64,000 bases of DNA, from the NCBI RefSeq assembly GCF_026571515.1, contig NW_026862878.1:62001-126000 (forward strand). Direction: 5' to 3'. Each line of letters begins with the position of its first letter. Within the stretch, counting starts at the first letter, position 1. A program made the position numbers and the translations under genes. The notes beneath the pieces were generated by a model. It saw nothing but the letters and a program-made list of their open reading frames with translations. It was not told the origin of the DNA and ran no database searches. Of this stretch, positions 38,501 to 50,879 are shown piece after piece. Source of the DNA: Ruditapes philippinarum (Eukaryota).

Positions 38501-38545
38501 AGACAATCATCATCATCATCATTAACAGCAGTTTGATTCAACATC

Positions 38546-38552
38546 TATAAAA
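38546..38552 (+). promoter_or_regulatory. TATA box of EF-hand gene copy 1
   Basis: TATAAAA about 60 bp upstream of the ATG|gtatgt first exon; conserved in copy 2. Confidence 0.7.
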
Positions 38553-38607
38553 GCAATAGATGTTTCCATTTGCAAATCATCGAAGAAGGACCGGTTCCCG
38601 AATCAAC

Positions 38608-41600
38608 ATGGTATGTTAAGCTTTTCATCAATTTATTATGTCTTTATATATCATTTTGTAAAATTTATACTTTATTGCGTATAAATAAATTCTACTTTAT
38701 TTATACTATGATAGTGTCTTTATTACTACACGTACTTTCTAAGTTATGACAGAGTTAAGAAACATGTCACACAATTGCTTATTTATTATGCAGTCTCGTC
38801 AATTTCATTTGACGGTCATGAATTTTATATTTCTAATATACACGCACGGCATCAGCAGAACATAGCTCTAGGTCTGTATCAAATCATAGGGAGTAGGTCT
38901 GTATCAAATCATAAGGAGTAGGTCTGTATCGAATCATAGGGAGTAGGTCTGTATCGAATCATAGGGAGTAGGTCTGTGTCAAATCATAGGGAGTAGGTCT
39001 GTATCGAATCATAGGGAGTAGGTCTGTATCAAATCATAGAGAGTAGGTCTATATCAAATAATAGGGAGTAGGTCTGTATCGAATCATAGGGAGTAGGTCT
39101 GTATCAAATCATAGGGAGTAGGTCTGTATCGAATCATAGGGAGTAGGTCTGTGTCAAATCATTGGGAGTAGGTCTGTATCAAATCATAGAGAGTAGGTCT
39201 GTGTCAAATCATAGGGAGTAGGTCTGTATCGAATCATAGGGAGTAGGTCTGTATCGAATCATAGGCAGTAGGTCTATATCAAATAATAGGGAGTAGGTCT
39301 GTATCAAATCATAGGGAGTAGGTCTGTATCGAATCATAGGGAGTTGGTCTGTGTCAAATCATAGGGAGTAGGTATGTATCAAATCATAGGAGTAGGTCTG
39401 TGTCAAATCATGGGAGTAGGTCTGTATCAAATCATAGGGAGTTAGGTCTGTATCAAATCATAGGGAGTTAGGTCTGTGTCAAATCATAGAGAGTAGGTCT
39501 GTATCGAATCATAGGAGTAGGTCTGTGTCAAATCATTGGGAGTAGGTCTGTATCAAATCATAGAGAGTAGGTCTGTGTCGAATCATAGGAGTAGGTCTGT
39601 ATCAAATCATAGGGAGTAGGTCTGTATCGAATCATAGAGAGTAGGTCTGTATCAAATCATAGGGAGTAGTCTGTATCGAATCATTAGGGAGTAGGTCTGT
39701 GTCAAATCATAGAGAGTAGGTATGTATCGAATCATAGAGAGTAGGTCTGTATCAAATCATAGGGAGTAAGTCTGTATCGAATCATAGGGAGTAGGTCTGT
39801 ATCAAATCATGGGAGTAGGTCTGTGTCAAATCATAGGGAGTAGGTCTGTATCAAATCATAGAGAGTAGGTCTGTGTCAAATCATTGGGAGTAGGTCTGTA
39901 TCAAATCATAGAGAGTAGGTCTGTGTCGAATCATAGGGAGTAGGTCTTATCGAATCATAGGCAGTAGGTCTGTATCAAATAATAGGGAGTAGGTCTGTAT
40001 CGAATCATAGGGAGTAGGTCTGTATCGAATCATAGGGAGTAGGTCTGTGTCAAATCATGGGGAGTAGGTCTGTATCGAATCATAGGGAGTAGGTCTGTGT
40101 CAAATCATTGGGAGTAGGTCTGTATCGAATCATAGGGAGTAGGTCTGTATCGAATCATAGGGAGTAGGTCTGTATCGAATCATAGGAAGTAGGTCTATAT
40201 CAAATAATAGGGAGTAGGTCTGTATCAAATCAAAGAGAGTAAGTCTGTATCAAATCATAGGGTGTAAGATAGTTTCAAATCATAGAGAGTAAGATAGTAT
40301 CAAATTATGAGGAATATAGTTGTAGCAATTCATAACCAGAATGACTTATCAAATCATAGGGAGTAGGGCTGTATCAACTCATTGGTGTAAGATAGTATCA
40401 AATTAAAAGAAAATAAGATTGTTTCAAATCTTGGAAAGTAAGGCTGTATCAAATTATAGCGTCCAAGACAGGTTACGAAATCAAAGGGCTTTAGACACTA
40501 TCTAAAGTTTGTTACTAGCCTGTATAAAAAGCTCGGCAAAGGAAAACAAACCATAAAGCACATGGCTGTTTCAAATCATTTGTCAAAACAACAGCCATAA
40601 GTTTCTAGTGATGAAAACATACATACGGAACTTTATATAAAGTTATTTACTTAATGTAATTTTGCAGAATTTAGAATCAGTCTGTTATTCTTGTTATCAG
40701 CTAGTTTGGTTGAAATATTTACTATGTCTCTGATAAGTCTAATCGAGTTAGAAATAAGTGGATGTTAATATCTTTTGTTTCATGTAGTCAAAATGCTATA
40801 TGGATTTCAAGTCAACAAATTTGTAACATAATAAGTGTTTCTTTAACTTTGTATTCTTTTTTATTACAGATGTCATTAAGTTTCCTCGTCTTTATGTGTG
40901 TAGCCGTAAATGTCTTCGGGTAAGTTTTACCTTTCTTATTTTGTTCGATATTCTTGTCTAAAAGAGGAATTTTCCCTTATTCTTTTGTATTTCTGAAATT
41001 GATTTGCCAAGGTATGACTTTGGGACAATCCATTTAAAGGTTCTCCACTGAGATTTTTGACAACTTATGACTGGAACAATAGCATGTGTTCAAAATAATC
41101 ATTTTAATGTGCAAAATGTCACAAAAATGAAAAAGAAAAAGAAACCGAGTAATCCCTCTGCGTGTATAATCTTTTGCAAATTTTTCTGTTTTCTGCTTCA
41201 GTTTATCATTGTAAGAGTTTTAAATTTGTTTCGAACGATTTTTGGCCTTTAGACTTCACTATCATAAATAATCTTATCCGAAATTTGACGGAAAGAGCTG
41301 AGATGATGCGATTGACGTACATGTAGAAACGGCATGTATTGTTCAAGCTTTTTTCTTGATAGTAACGTTTAAAACAAATATCTCACGTTTGAAACAAATG
41401 TATTTACATGTTAAAACATCCATTTTAGGACCTTTCAGTTTTCACAATCACTGAGCGACAAAAGCTAAACGAAATAAATGAAGCAGAAAATAAAATGTTT
41501 TTGCATCAGGCTATTCCTAATTCGTAACATTGTTAAAGAGAAAAGCAGACTGATAGAATTGAGCACATGTAATCTATTAAATTTTGTCTGAAGTACATTA

Positions 41601-43691
41601 CAACTAAACAATGAACCAAGGCCGTAATTCCTTGTAACATCACTGTAACATCTGCTCAACTCAATAACAATGTAACGACTATATGTAGGTTTTAGCAAAA
41701 CAACGTAGGTCTTTGCATGCTGAGATATTGTCGTCTGCTTAACATGCTTGCTGTCTTCTTGATTTTATAATTTCATCCAAATCTATCCAAATAAAAAATA
41801 ACCATCAAGGAGCTTGACACTGTACCTGACAAGTCGTAGTATCTGACAGGTCGTAGTACCTGACAAGTCGTAGTACTGACAAGTCGTAGTACCTGACAAG
41901 TCGAAGTACTGACAAGTCGTAGTGATACTCGAAGCCTGGTCTGGTACCAAACTCTTTGCAAAGGCTATTGTGGTTGCTCCATTTATAAAAAAAACGGATT
42001 TATGTATGTAGATATCTTACGTTCATGGATTCATTATAAAATAATGATAATAATGATATGTGTCTAATGCTGCTGACTATGAATGATGAACTATTGCAGT
42101 GGGTTTACAAACCAAGAGAAAGCAGAGATGGTATATAATGCCATGGATCTTTGGTTTGTGAATGACAAACTTGGAGGTAGAGAGCGTGCGTTCTTCTTTA
42201 AACGCATGGATTGTGATGGTAAGGGTTTTTATTTCAAATGTTTTATTTAATTTTTTTTTATAAATTCTTTACCAACGAACAGGTCAAAATGAGCATGAAA
42301 GTTCTAAATGAGCATTATTTTACGTTGGCGCCCGATAGATTTTTACACATTGTTATATGGTAGATCTGTTACTAGAATTTCGTTAAAAGCTGCATGTCAA
42401 AATATTTTTTAAAAATCAAAATTAAATAAAACGTATTATAAGAATTAATAAAAAGTAAAAAAATTCAAGATTCAAGAAACAATTTTCATGTTATATGCGA
42501 ATAATGACTGATCATCTGTCATCATATTTCTACGGCGCGACTAACGCATAAAGGGCATAAAATTTTTGCATATTTTGACCTCTTTTGAGTAGTTTACGTG
42601 TATTGTACGTGTGAAATACTTTCTGTTTACTTCATAATATTTTATTTTTAAATACATTTCAAAAAAAATCATGAAAATAAGCATGAATCTGGAGTAAGCT
42701 ACGCAACGTTTAAAACTTTGTATGTACAGTAGGCAACTCGGTCGGGTCGGGTTTTACGCACCAACACTGTCAATGTGTTTGGTGTCATTGGATGGAGAGT
42801 AGAGCCACCGATGTTCTTTAAGCTAGCTGAACAGCTTTCTCACATGTTCGGAGCTATTGTCATCTGCTGAATTCGAACCCATATAGGTGAGGAGCATGTG
42901 GTTGACTCAACAAACGCCCCTAAATGTTTTTATAGAAGATTTTTTTTTCATTTTTATAATGAAATTATCGTTGATCTGTTAGCATGCTGCTTTCTGTACT
43001 GAGTCCATGAAGATAAAACGATTAAACACTTATTCCTTGAGTTTCGTATGCAATTCCATACTTATTTTAGAACGCTAATTTTTTATCAGTAAATTAAATA
43101 CTAATTTGGAAATTTATTTTCAATACTTTATAACAGGAAACGATGAAATTTCGGAAGCTGAATCATTCTGTGTTGGTAAGTTCTTAGAGGTAGGTGACAC
43201 ACTGTGGACCTTTCTCACAAGTGCCGATTCAAACAGTGACAAACTTCTTACCCTAGATGAATACAAAGCTTTTTGGGATGTCTGGGATTTCAATGGTTTG
43301 TCGATTTATTTCAAAATATCATTAAAATGATTTATCAACAGTGTGCCAACAATGTCCTACCTAATTTGATAAAATTTAAAAAAAAACATTACGTTAGATG
43401 GTAATAAAATGCTTAAACTAAAACATATCTTAGGGTTTGTTCTTTGTAAAATGCATTTACCAGCGCCGTAAATGACCAAGGTCAACCGAACAGAGTCTAT
43501 GACATTTTCAAGTTGTCTTTGTTTAGCGTGCTTTGGGGTTTTGACATTCATTTGTTTTTAATTTATTGAATTATTAGCGAAGTTTCATTTGATATTTTTA
43601 CTTGTAATTTATACACACAGTTAACAACAGAATAACTTGGAACGAGTTCGAGTCTGCATGGAACGCCACTAACTTTGACACAGCTGCTTAA
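38608..43691 (+). CDS. Secreted four-EF-hand calcium-binding protein, copy 1; exons 38608-38610, 40870-40919, 42100-42218, 43137-43295, 43621-43691; 133 aa
   Basis: All introns are GT..AG with consistent phases (0,2,1,1). Spliced product: MMSLSFLVFMCVAVNVFGGFTNQEKAEMVYNAMDLWFVNDKLGGRERAFFFKRMDCDGNDEISEAESFCVGKFLEVGDTLWTFLTSADSNSDKLLTLDEYKAFWDVWDFNVNNRITWNEFESAWNATNFDTAA*. It has a hydrophobic signal peptide and EF loops DCDGNDEISEAE, DSNSDKLLTLDE and DFNVNNRITWNE, plus an atypical DLWFVNDKLGGRE. A TATAAAA lies about 60 bp upstream, and exon lengths are identical in copy 2. Confidence 0.85.
38868..40260. repeat. 25-bp minisatellite (TCATAGGGAGTAGGTCTGTATCRAA), about 55 copies, intron 1 of EF-hand copy 1
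   Basis: Period 25 (38881, 38906); degenerate tail to about 40500. Confidence 0.95.
41820..41925. repeat. 16/17-bp minisatellite (GTAC(C)TGACAAGTCGTA), about 6 copies
   Basis: Direct tandem repeats in intron 2 of copy 1. Confidence 0.85.
42745..42921 (-). mobile_element. Degenerate copy of the tRNA-derived SINE seen at 62422
   Basis: The reverse complement matches GGGGCGT..GGGTTCGAA..CATGTGAG..AGCTAGCTTA..GAACATCGGTGG..GTAAAACCC. Confidence 0.7.
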
Positions 43692-45091
43692 ACGTTCAAC
43701 GCCAGTGAAAACTGTCAGCTGACAACGTTAAATGACCGGAAATGACCGTTGTCAATATTTATTTTATTAAACTTAGCAAAACTTATTATGTGTTTTGTCA
43801 TCATCATCATCATCATCAAGATTCCTCATTAAACGCTTATGATGCATACATTAATTTATAATGACAGTAATATTAGCAGTCAGCATATCCCATGGTTCAA
43901 GAAAGGGTATTAAACTAGGCGCCAAAAGCTTGAAAACGTATCCCCAGAAGCTTAAAATGTATCCCTAGAAGTGTAGTATCTAAAATGTGTCCCTTGACTT
44001 CGCACACCAAATCTATACTATTCACCAGAATTCCGGCTCTCATGGTCATAACTCTCCAAGCTGTTTTCGTGCGTTCTTATCTAGAGTGCATACTTTTTTG
44101 GAAATTGATAAATGATACCGGTATTTTATTTATCATACCATATCATTTCCATAGAATATAGACCCTTGTCAATTAACAAAACACAATAGGAAAAGGTAAA
44201 TAGGAATTACATTTTAGTACGAAAGTTAAAAACAGATCGGAGCTCAGTATGAGCAAAGAAAAAAAAATGAAATCCTATTCAAATGCGTATGCATCGACTG
44301 CACAAAACTACGTTTTACTTTAAATGGGAGCGATGCCCGCCACCTGTGTAAAACGATCAATTTATATACAATAACAAAACCATATATATTTATGATTTGT
44401 CCTTAAACGGCTTATTCCGGTGTACAATGTATCAAAAGTTATATGGGATAAAATGTTAAATGGGTTATCATCAATGTAACGGCAATTGAGTTGAAACCAA
44501 GCGGCCAAGGACAAAATAAGAAATGTGTGACATGACAAAAATTAAAATAAATTACAGCATCATATCGACTAAGCAAATGATGGTCCCAGTTAGTTTATTC
44601 TTCAAGGACGCATGTTAATTATATAAGAGGATAATTTTTTTCTGTGGCAGACTATAGTTTATTTCATCGAGTGAAACCCATGTCAATATTAATTTGTCAA
44701 CATATGGTGTTCACGTGATGAAATAACTTATTATAGAAAGAAACAAATTTTCTTTTTATTTTATGCATACTTTAAAGAAAATATTTGATGAATAATAAAC
44801 GGAATAAAGTAAGAGGGGTTCAATTGAAAAAGAAGTTCCGTCTAACTGTGAAAACAACTCAACCAAAATGGTAAATTCACTGTTTTGAAACAGTGAATTT
44901 TGAATTTGAATTCACTGAAAAATTTCTATAATTCATTAGTTAGCATAAAATAAATGTACATTGTACCTGTTTAACACGTAAAATCATGTGACCAAAATAT
45001 TTGGAAAATATTTCTAATTCTTATAACAAACTAGATCAAGATATACTTATATTTAAAAGGAACTTTAGAAGACTGTCAATAAACTATACAA

Positions 45092-45265
45092 GTGTTGACA
45101 TGATCGAGTAGTAATTTAAGGATCACTAGAAGCAAGGGTTCAAACCCTGTCATGTCCAAATCGTTGTTTCCAAGAGGAGAAAACTTTACACTCATTTTTC
45201 AGTACTGGTTTGTTCCAGAAACAGATTCGAGAATGTGCCGCTATACAACCGAACTAAAAAAACAT
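45092..45265 (+). mobile_element. Old CORE-type tRNA SINE
   Basis: B-box GGTTCAAACCC; the body matches the reverse complement of 58115-58310; homolog at 57847-58030. Confidence 0.55.
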
Positions 45266-46230
45266 CTGTGTAAAGTAATAAACTATACTAATGCAGGAAC
45301 GTATGTATACTCAATATAGGCAGCTTCACTATGAAACATGGAGAAAGTATGCCGAATGGATCTTAATTTATAAAGTGGTAACCATCTTAAAAATCAAGGT
45401 CAGTAATTGTTTATGAAATTGTTCTCAAGTTATCGTGCAGAAACCACGTGTTATACTGACCAACAGACTCACATTTACAAAACTATACCGTGGGGGATAA
45501 ATATTGACAAAAGATAATCATCAAACTTCAAAGTTCACAGTATTTCTTTTTAAATAAGAGCTTAGAAAGTATAAAATAATAATGCAATATAAGAGTTAAA
45601 TATATAAAATTCTTTTATTTGGAAAAAACCTTTATCATTGATATAGAAAATATCAATAACCATACATACATAAATTATCCAATGAATGAAATTTGTAATT
45701 ACAACATAACTTACAAGTTACTGCAGATGCACAAGAAATAAAACAGATCAACATTGTAAAACTATTAAAACTATACTAGCTTTATCAACACTGTAGAACT
45801 TTTATATTCACAATATATTAGTCTACTTGAAGGATCATAAACTGTCATGATAAACAATATCCCGAGTGAGTAACGCACATGAAGGTCAATTAGTTATCCT
45901 AGATAAGGTTAGAAAAAGCTTATGACAAACATATCTTTATATGATGGGCACAGGCTTTTTTAGGTAACAACAATTTATTATCATATAACTTCAAAATGAT
46001 TCAATTCATAATAATGACAGATAACCACTTAAGTTCAGCTCCTAGAGCTCATGAAAGAACCAGAAATAGTTACAACTAAAATGTTTCACTGTGCACTTCT
46101 CCTTGTCGCCATTATATGCATTCTTGTCTTGAATAATTCTGGATTCATACTACGGACAATCAAATCACAAACTGTGAAGAACACATGGCGTTGCTGTATA
46201 CCCCCACACAATTTATCAAGATAAATGAAT

Positions 46231-46520
46231 AAACAAGAGGGCCAACATGGCCCTAGAGAAACCTGACCCATTGAGCTCATACAAGCAATTACTCCTGACC
46301 ATGTTTGATGAAAATTGGGTCAAAAAAGTGACCTCTATAGTATAAACAAGGTGTTTTAATATTTTGGCTGAGTGACCTAGTTTTTGACCCAAGGTGACCC
46401 GCATTCGAACTTAACCTAGAAATCACAAAAACACACTTACAGACCAATTTCTGGGATATTTGAATACCAACAGTAGCCACTAGAGAGTGAACAAGAATTT
46501 TCTATTTTTGCTCCTGCTAC
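46231..46520 (-). mobile_element. 3' fragment of the 145-bp-repeat HINE family, truncated at the duplication junction
   Basis: AAACAAGAGGGCCAACATGGCCCTAGA..ACCTGA is the reverse complement of the end of 29214-30813; it abuts the 56-bp satellite. Confidence 0.8.
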
Positions 46521-49075
46521 GGCAATGTAAGATTGGTGGTTGAGGTAAAAGTTGTATGAAGACTACCGCTGACAACGGCGTTATGAGTCTGGTGGTTAAG
46601 GAAAACGTGTTATGAAGACCATCGCTGACTATGGCGTTATGAGTTCGGTGATTAAGGTAAAAGTTGTTTGATGACTAACGCTGACTATAGCGTAATGAGT
46701 TCGATAATTAAGGTCAAAGTTGTATGAAGACCATCGCTGAGTACGGCGTTTAGAGTTTGGTGGTTAAGGTAAAAGTGTTATGAAGACCACCGCTGACTAC
46801 GGCGTTGTAAGTTCGGTGATTAAGTTTAAAGTAAAAAATATATGAAGACAACCGCTTACTACGGTGTTGTGAGTTTGGTAGTTAAGGTTAAAGTTGTTTG
46901 AAGACCACCGCTGACTATGGTGTTATGATTTCGGTGATTAAGGTTGAAGTTATATGAAGACCATCACTGAGCACGGCGTTTAAAGTTTGGTGGTTAAGGT
47001 AAAAGTTGTATGAAGACTTCCTCTGACAACAGCGTTGTAAGTTCGGTGATTAAGGTTAAAGTTGTTTGAAAACTGCCGCTGACAATGGCGTTATGGGTTT
47101 CTTTGATTAAGTTTAAAGTTATATGAAGAATACCGCTGACTACGTCGCTGTGAGTTTGGTGGTTAAGAAAAAACAAGAATGAAGACTACTGCAGACTACT
47201 GCAGACTACGGCGTTTAGAGTTTGGTGGTGGTGGTAAAGGTATAAATTGTATGAAGACCACCGCTGACTACAGCATTATGAGTTTGGTGATAAAGGTAAA
47301 ATTTGTAAGAAGATTACCGCTGACTAGGGCGTTGTGAGTTTTGTGGTAAATGTAAAAGTTGTATGAAGGCAACTGCTGACTACCGCCTTATGAATTTGGT
47401 GGTTAAGGTAAAAGTAGTATGAAGACTTACGATGACTACGGCGTTATGAGTTTTGTGGTTAAGGTAAAAGTTGTATGAAGACCACTGCTGACTACTGCGT
47501 TATGAGTTTGGTGGTTAAGGTAAAAGTTGTATAAAGACAACCGCTGACTACAGCGTTATGAGTTTGGTGGTTAAGGTAAAAATTGAATAAAGACCACCGC
47601 TGACTATCGTGTTATGAGTTCGATTTTTAAGGTTTAAATTGTATGAAGACCACCGCTGACTATCGTGTTATGAGTTTGATGGGTAAGGTTAAAGTTATAG
47701 GAAGACTGTCGCTAACTAATGCGTTATTAGTTCGGTAGTTAAGGTTAAAATTGTATGAAAACTATCGCTGACTACGGCGTTATGAGTTTGGTGTGTGAGG
47801 TTAATGTTGTATGAAGACCTCCTCTGACTACGGCGTTATGAGTTCGGTGCTTGAAGTAAAATGAGTATGAAGACTACCGCTGACTTCAACATTATGAGTT
47901 TGGTGGTTGAGGTAAAAGTTGTATGAAGACTACCGCTGACTACGGCGTTATGAGTTCGGTGCTTGAAGTAAAATTAGTATGAAGACCACCGCTGACTTCA
48001 ACGTTATGAGTTTGGTGATTGAGGTTAAAAGTTGTATGAAGACTACCGTTGATTACGACGTTATTAGTTTGGTGGTTAAGGTAAATGTTGTATGAAGACC
48101 ATCCCTGACAACCGCGTTGTGAGTTTGGTGGTTAAGGCAAAAGTTGTATGAAGACCATCGCTGACTACTGCGTTAAGAGTTTGGTGGTTAAGGTAAAAGT
48201 TGTATGAAGACTACCGTTGACTACAGCGTTAAGAGTTTGCAGGTTCAGGTTAACTTGTATGAAGACTGCCGCTGACAAGACAACAGCGTTATGAGTTTGG
48301 TGTTTAAGGAAAAAGTTTTAAGAAGGCAACCGCTGACTACGACGATATGAGTTTGGTGTCTAAGAAATAATTGTATGAAGACTACCGCTGACTACTGCTG
48401 TATGAGTTTGCAGGTTCAGGTTAAGTTGTATGAAGACTGCCGCTGACAAGACAACAGCGTTATGAGTTTGGTGGCTAAGGAAAAAGTTTTATGAAGGCAT
48501 CCGCTGACTACGACGTTATTAGTTTGGTGTCTAAGAAAAAAATTGTATGAAGACTACCGCTGACTACTGCTGTATGAGTTTGGTGGTTGAGGTAAAAGTT
48601 GTATGAAAGCCACGGCTGACTTTGGCGTTATTGGTTTGGTGGTTAAGGTAAAAGTCGTATGAAGACCACCGCTGACTACGGCATTATGAGTTTGGTTGTA
48701 AAGATAAAAAAAAGTATGAAGACTCCCGCTGACAACAGCTTTATGAGTTTATTTGTTAAGGTAAAAGTAGTATGAAGACTATCGCTGACTATGGCGTTAT
48801 GAGTTTTGTGGTTAAGGTAAAAGTCGTATGAAGACTACCGCTGACTACGGCGATATGAGTTTGGTTGTTAAGGTAAAATTAGTATGAAGACTACCGCTGA
48901 CAACAGCTTTATGAGTTTGATTGAGGTAAAAGTAGTACTGAGTATGGCGTTATGAGTTTTGTGGTAAAGGTAAAAGTTGTAAGAAGACCACTGCGGACTA
49001 TGGCGTTTAAGGTTAAAATTGTATGAAGACTATATATGTATATAGCTACCGCTGACTACGGCGTTGTGAGTTTTT
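46521..49075. repeat. 56-bp satellite array, about 45 copies
   Basis: Same monomer; period 56 (e.g. 47461, 47517). Confidence 0.95.
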
Positions 49076-50817
49076 AGGTTTCGTTTGGTCGTTGAAGGAC
49101 ACATACATCCACTTTTTATTTAGATGGTAGCAGTAGGTGTAATGATCGTTTAAATAGCGGCGTGGTTGTACTTTCTAGTGGTGGTGTTAATTGCCATAAA
49201 ATTAGTAATGGTAGTAACAGCAGCAATAATGGCGGAATATGATTTCTTTTCTATTATTTCTTTTATTTGCCAGTTAAAACATAATTCCTATGAATTCTAT
49301 TTGTTTTATGAACCTTTGAAGTTGTATATAATGCAATTCTGTAATGTTTATCGGGTATATCAAAGCGAAACAATACTAATGACTTCGGATCTTTTCATTT
49401 GGATCACTATCTTTGCTTTGTTGCTTTATTTTATACAAACGTATTTTGGAATAACAACGTTTGGCGATAGTTAAACCAATGTTAATACATAAAGAATATA
49501 TGTGTCTGATTACATCGAATGTATCCATGCAGTCACGCAGGAATTTGCAAGTAACGCATAAATTATGCAAAATTAACGCAGATCTTGGATTACGCAGTTC
49601 GATATTAATAAAAAAAAACAAGCACTGCGAACGTTTTTGAATAAATATTTCTTTGATGTACATCAAATTGAAAGGAATGAGCTAAAGGATTAGGTTGCTG
49701 AGACATTATATTTTAAACCTCGTCGAAATGTTTATTTTTGAAGATCATTCGTGAGAATGACGACCTGGCTTAAAACAATTGCGTATTGAAAGTGAACAAG
49801 AATGTATTTATTGTATCATGTTTTTGCTATTCGGTGTATCTGAGACATTTGCAAATCTGCTTGTGTCATATTTAACTTAAGTTACAGTGTAAGCTTAAGT
49901 TTAAAATGCGTGTTTTACTTATTAATATCGACGAAACACAAAAGTCTCATTCAAAACAGTAGTCGGGTCGTCACCTTTAAAAGTAAAAAAAAAATCATGG
50001 ACATATTTGTAATGCAGATAATGGCATAATGTCATTGCAGCCGTAGGCGTTTATTTCTTTCTTTTAATTTGATTTACGGTAAAATATTTTAGCCGTTACT
50101 CGTTTCGGTCATGCTTTACACAGATTCGGCGTTACTTTCGTTAATTGCACATTCCAGCGTTACTTGGTAATCCAGTCGCAACTTTTCGACCGTAAGGACT
50201 TGAATATGGCCGAGATGTTCCGATTGTTGACAACTTCAATAAGAGTACAACGATAAGATACTATATATACTCTGTCCATATACAACATGTATTAGCAAAT
50301 GATCCAGGCGTTTATTCAATTTATAATCTTTTATAAGGATTTTTTGTATGAACAACAATATATAAATCGCCGATTATGGCAAAGTAAAAAAATGCAGAAA
50401 TTGACTTTTCAAGCGTCTTATCAAGATTCTATGTGTTCTCGTTAAACTGAGTTATGTGAGTCTTTTATTATAATGCGCTTTAAATTGCTATTGCAGAACT
50501 TCAACAAAATATATAAATAATAAATGCGTAATCTTAATGTAGAGCGGAACGAATAAACTATTCAAGGACATTTTCGTGAAACGAAGACATGTTCATATAA
50601 ATCAAACGATCATTCCGTGTTCTCGTGTAAAAGTACAGTCTGACGCAACATTTTACTGTGAAAAGTGCAACTATTAATGTATGTCTGGCTTAGATTATAA
50701 CAAAAGATTTTCCATAATTAAATCGTTGCAAAACAAATGCTTTATGTTCATTCATTCTCGTATCATTCCATCAGACAATCATCAACAGCATCATTAACAG
50801 CTGTTTGATTCAACATC

Positions 50818-50824
50818 TATAAAA
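50818..50824 (+). promoter_or_regulatory. TATA box of EF-hand gene copy 2
   Basis: TATAAAA at the homologous position upstream of ATG 50880. Confidence 0.7.
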
Positions 50825-50879
50825 GCAATAGTTGGTTCCATTTGCAAACAATCGAAGAAGGACCGGTTCCCGAATCAAC

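Larger units (their letters stand above)
34111..46520 (+). repeat. Tandem segmental duplication, unit 1 (56-bp satellite + EF-hand gene + downstream region)
   Basis: Collinear high similarity to 46521-61560 across promoter, introns and downstream DNA (e.g. 38090-38870 vs 50370-51150; 43300-45500 vs 56060-58760). Confidence 0.92.

Noticed and set aside
43357-43551. Minus-strand 64-aa ORF conserved at 56123-56314
   Set aside because: Lies in intron 4; its conservation is explained by the recent duplication.
34111-49075. 56-bp and 25-bp arrays as CRISPR arrays
   Set aside because: Head-to-tail monomers with no unique spacers, no cas genes and a eukaryotic context.
49166-49474. Hydrophobic 102-aa ORF
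   Set aside because: Starts at TTG, and the frame is not preserved in the homologous unit 1 sequence (about 35640-35990).
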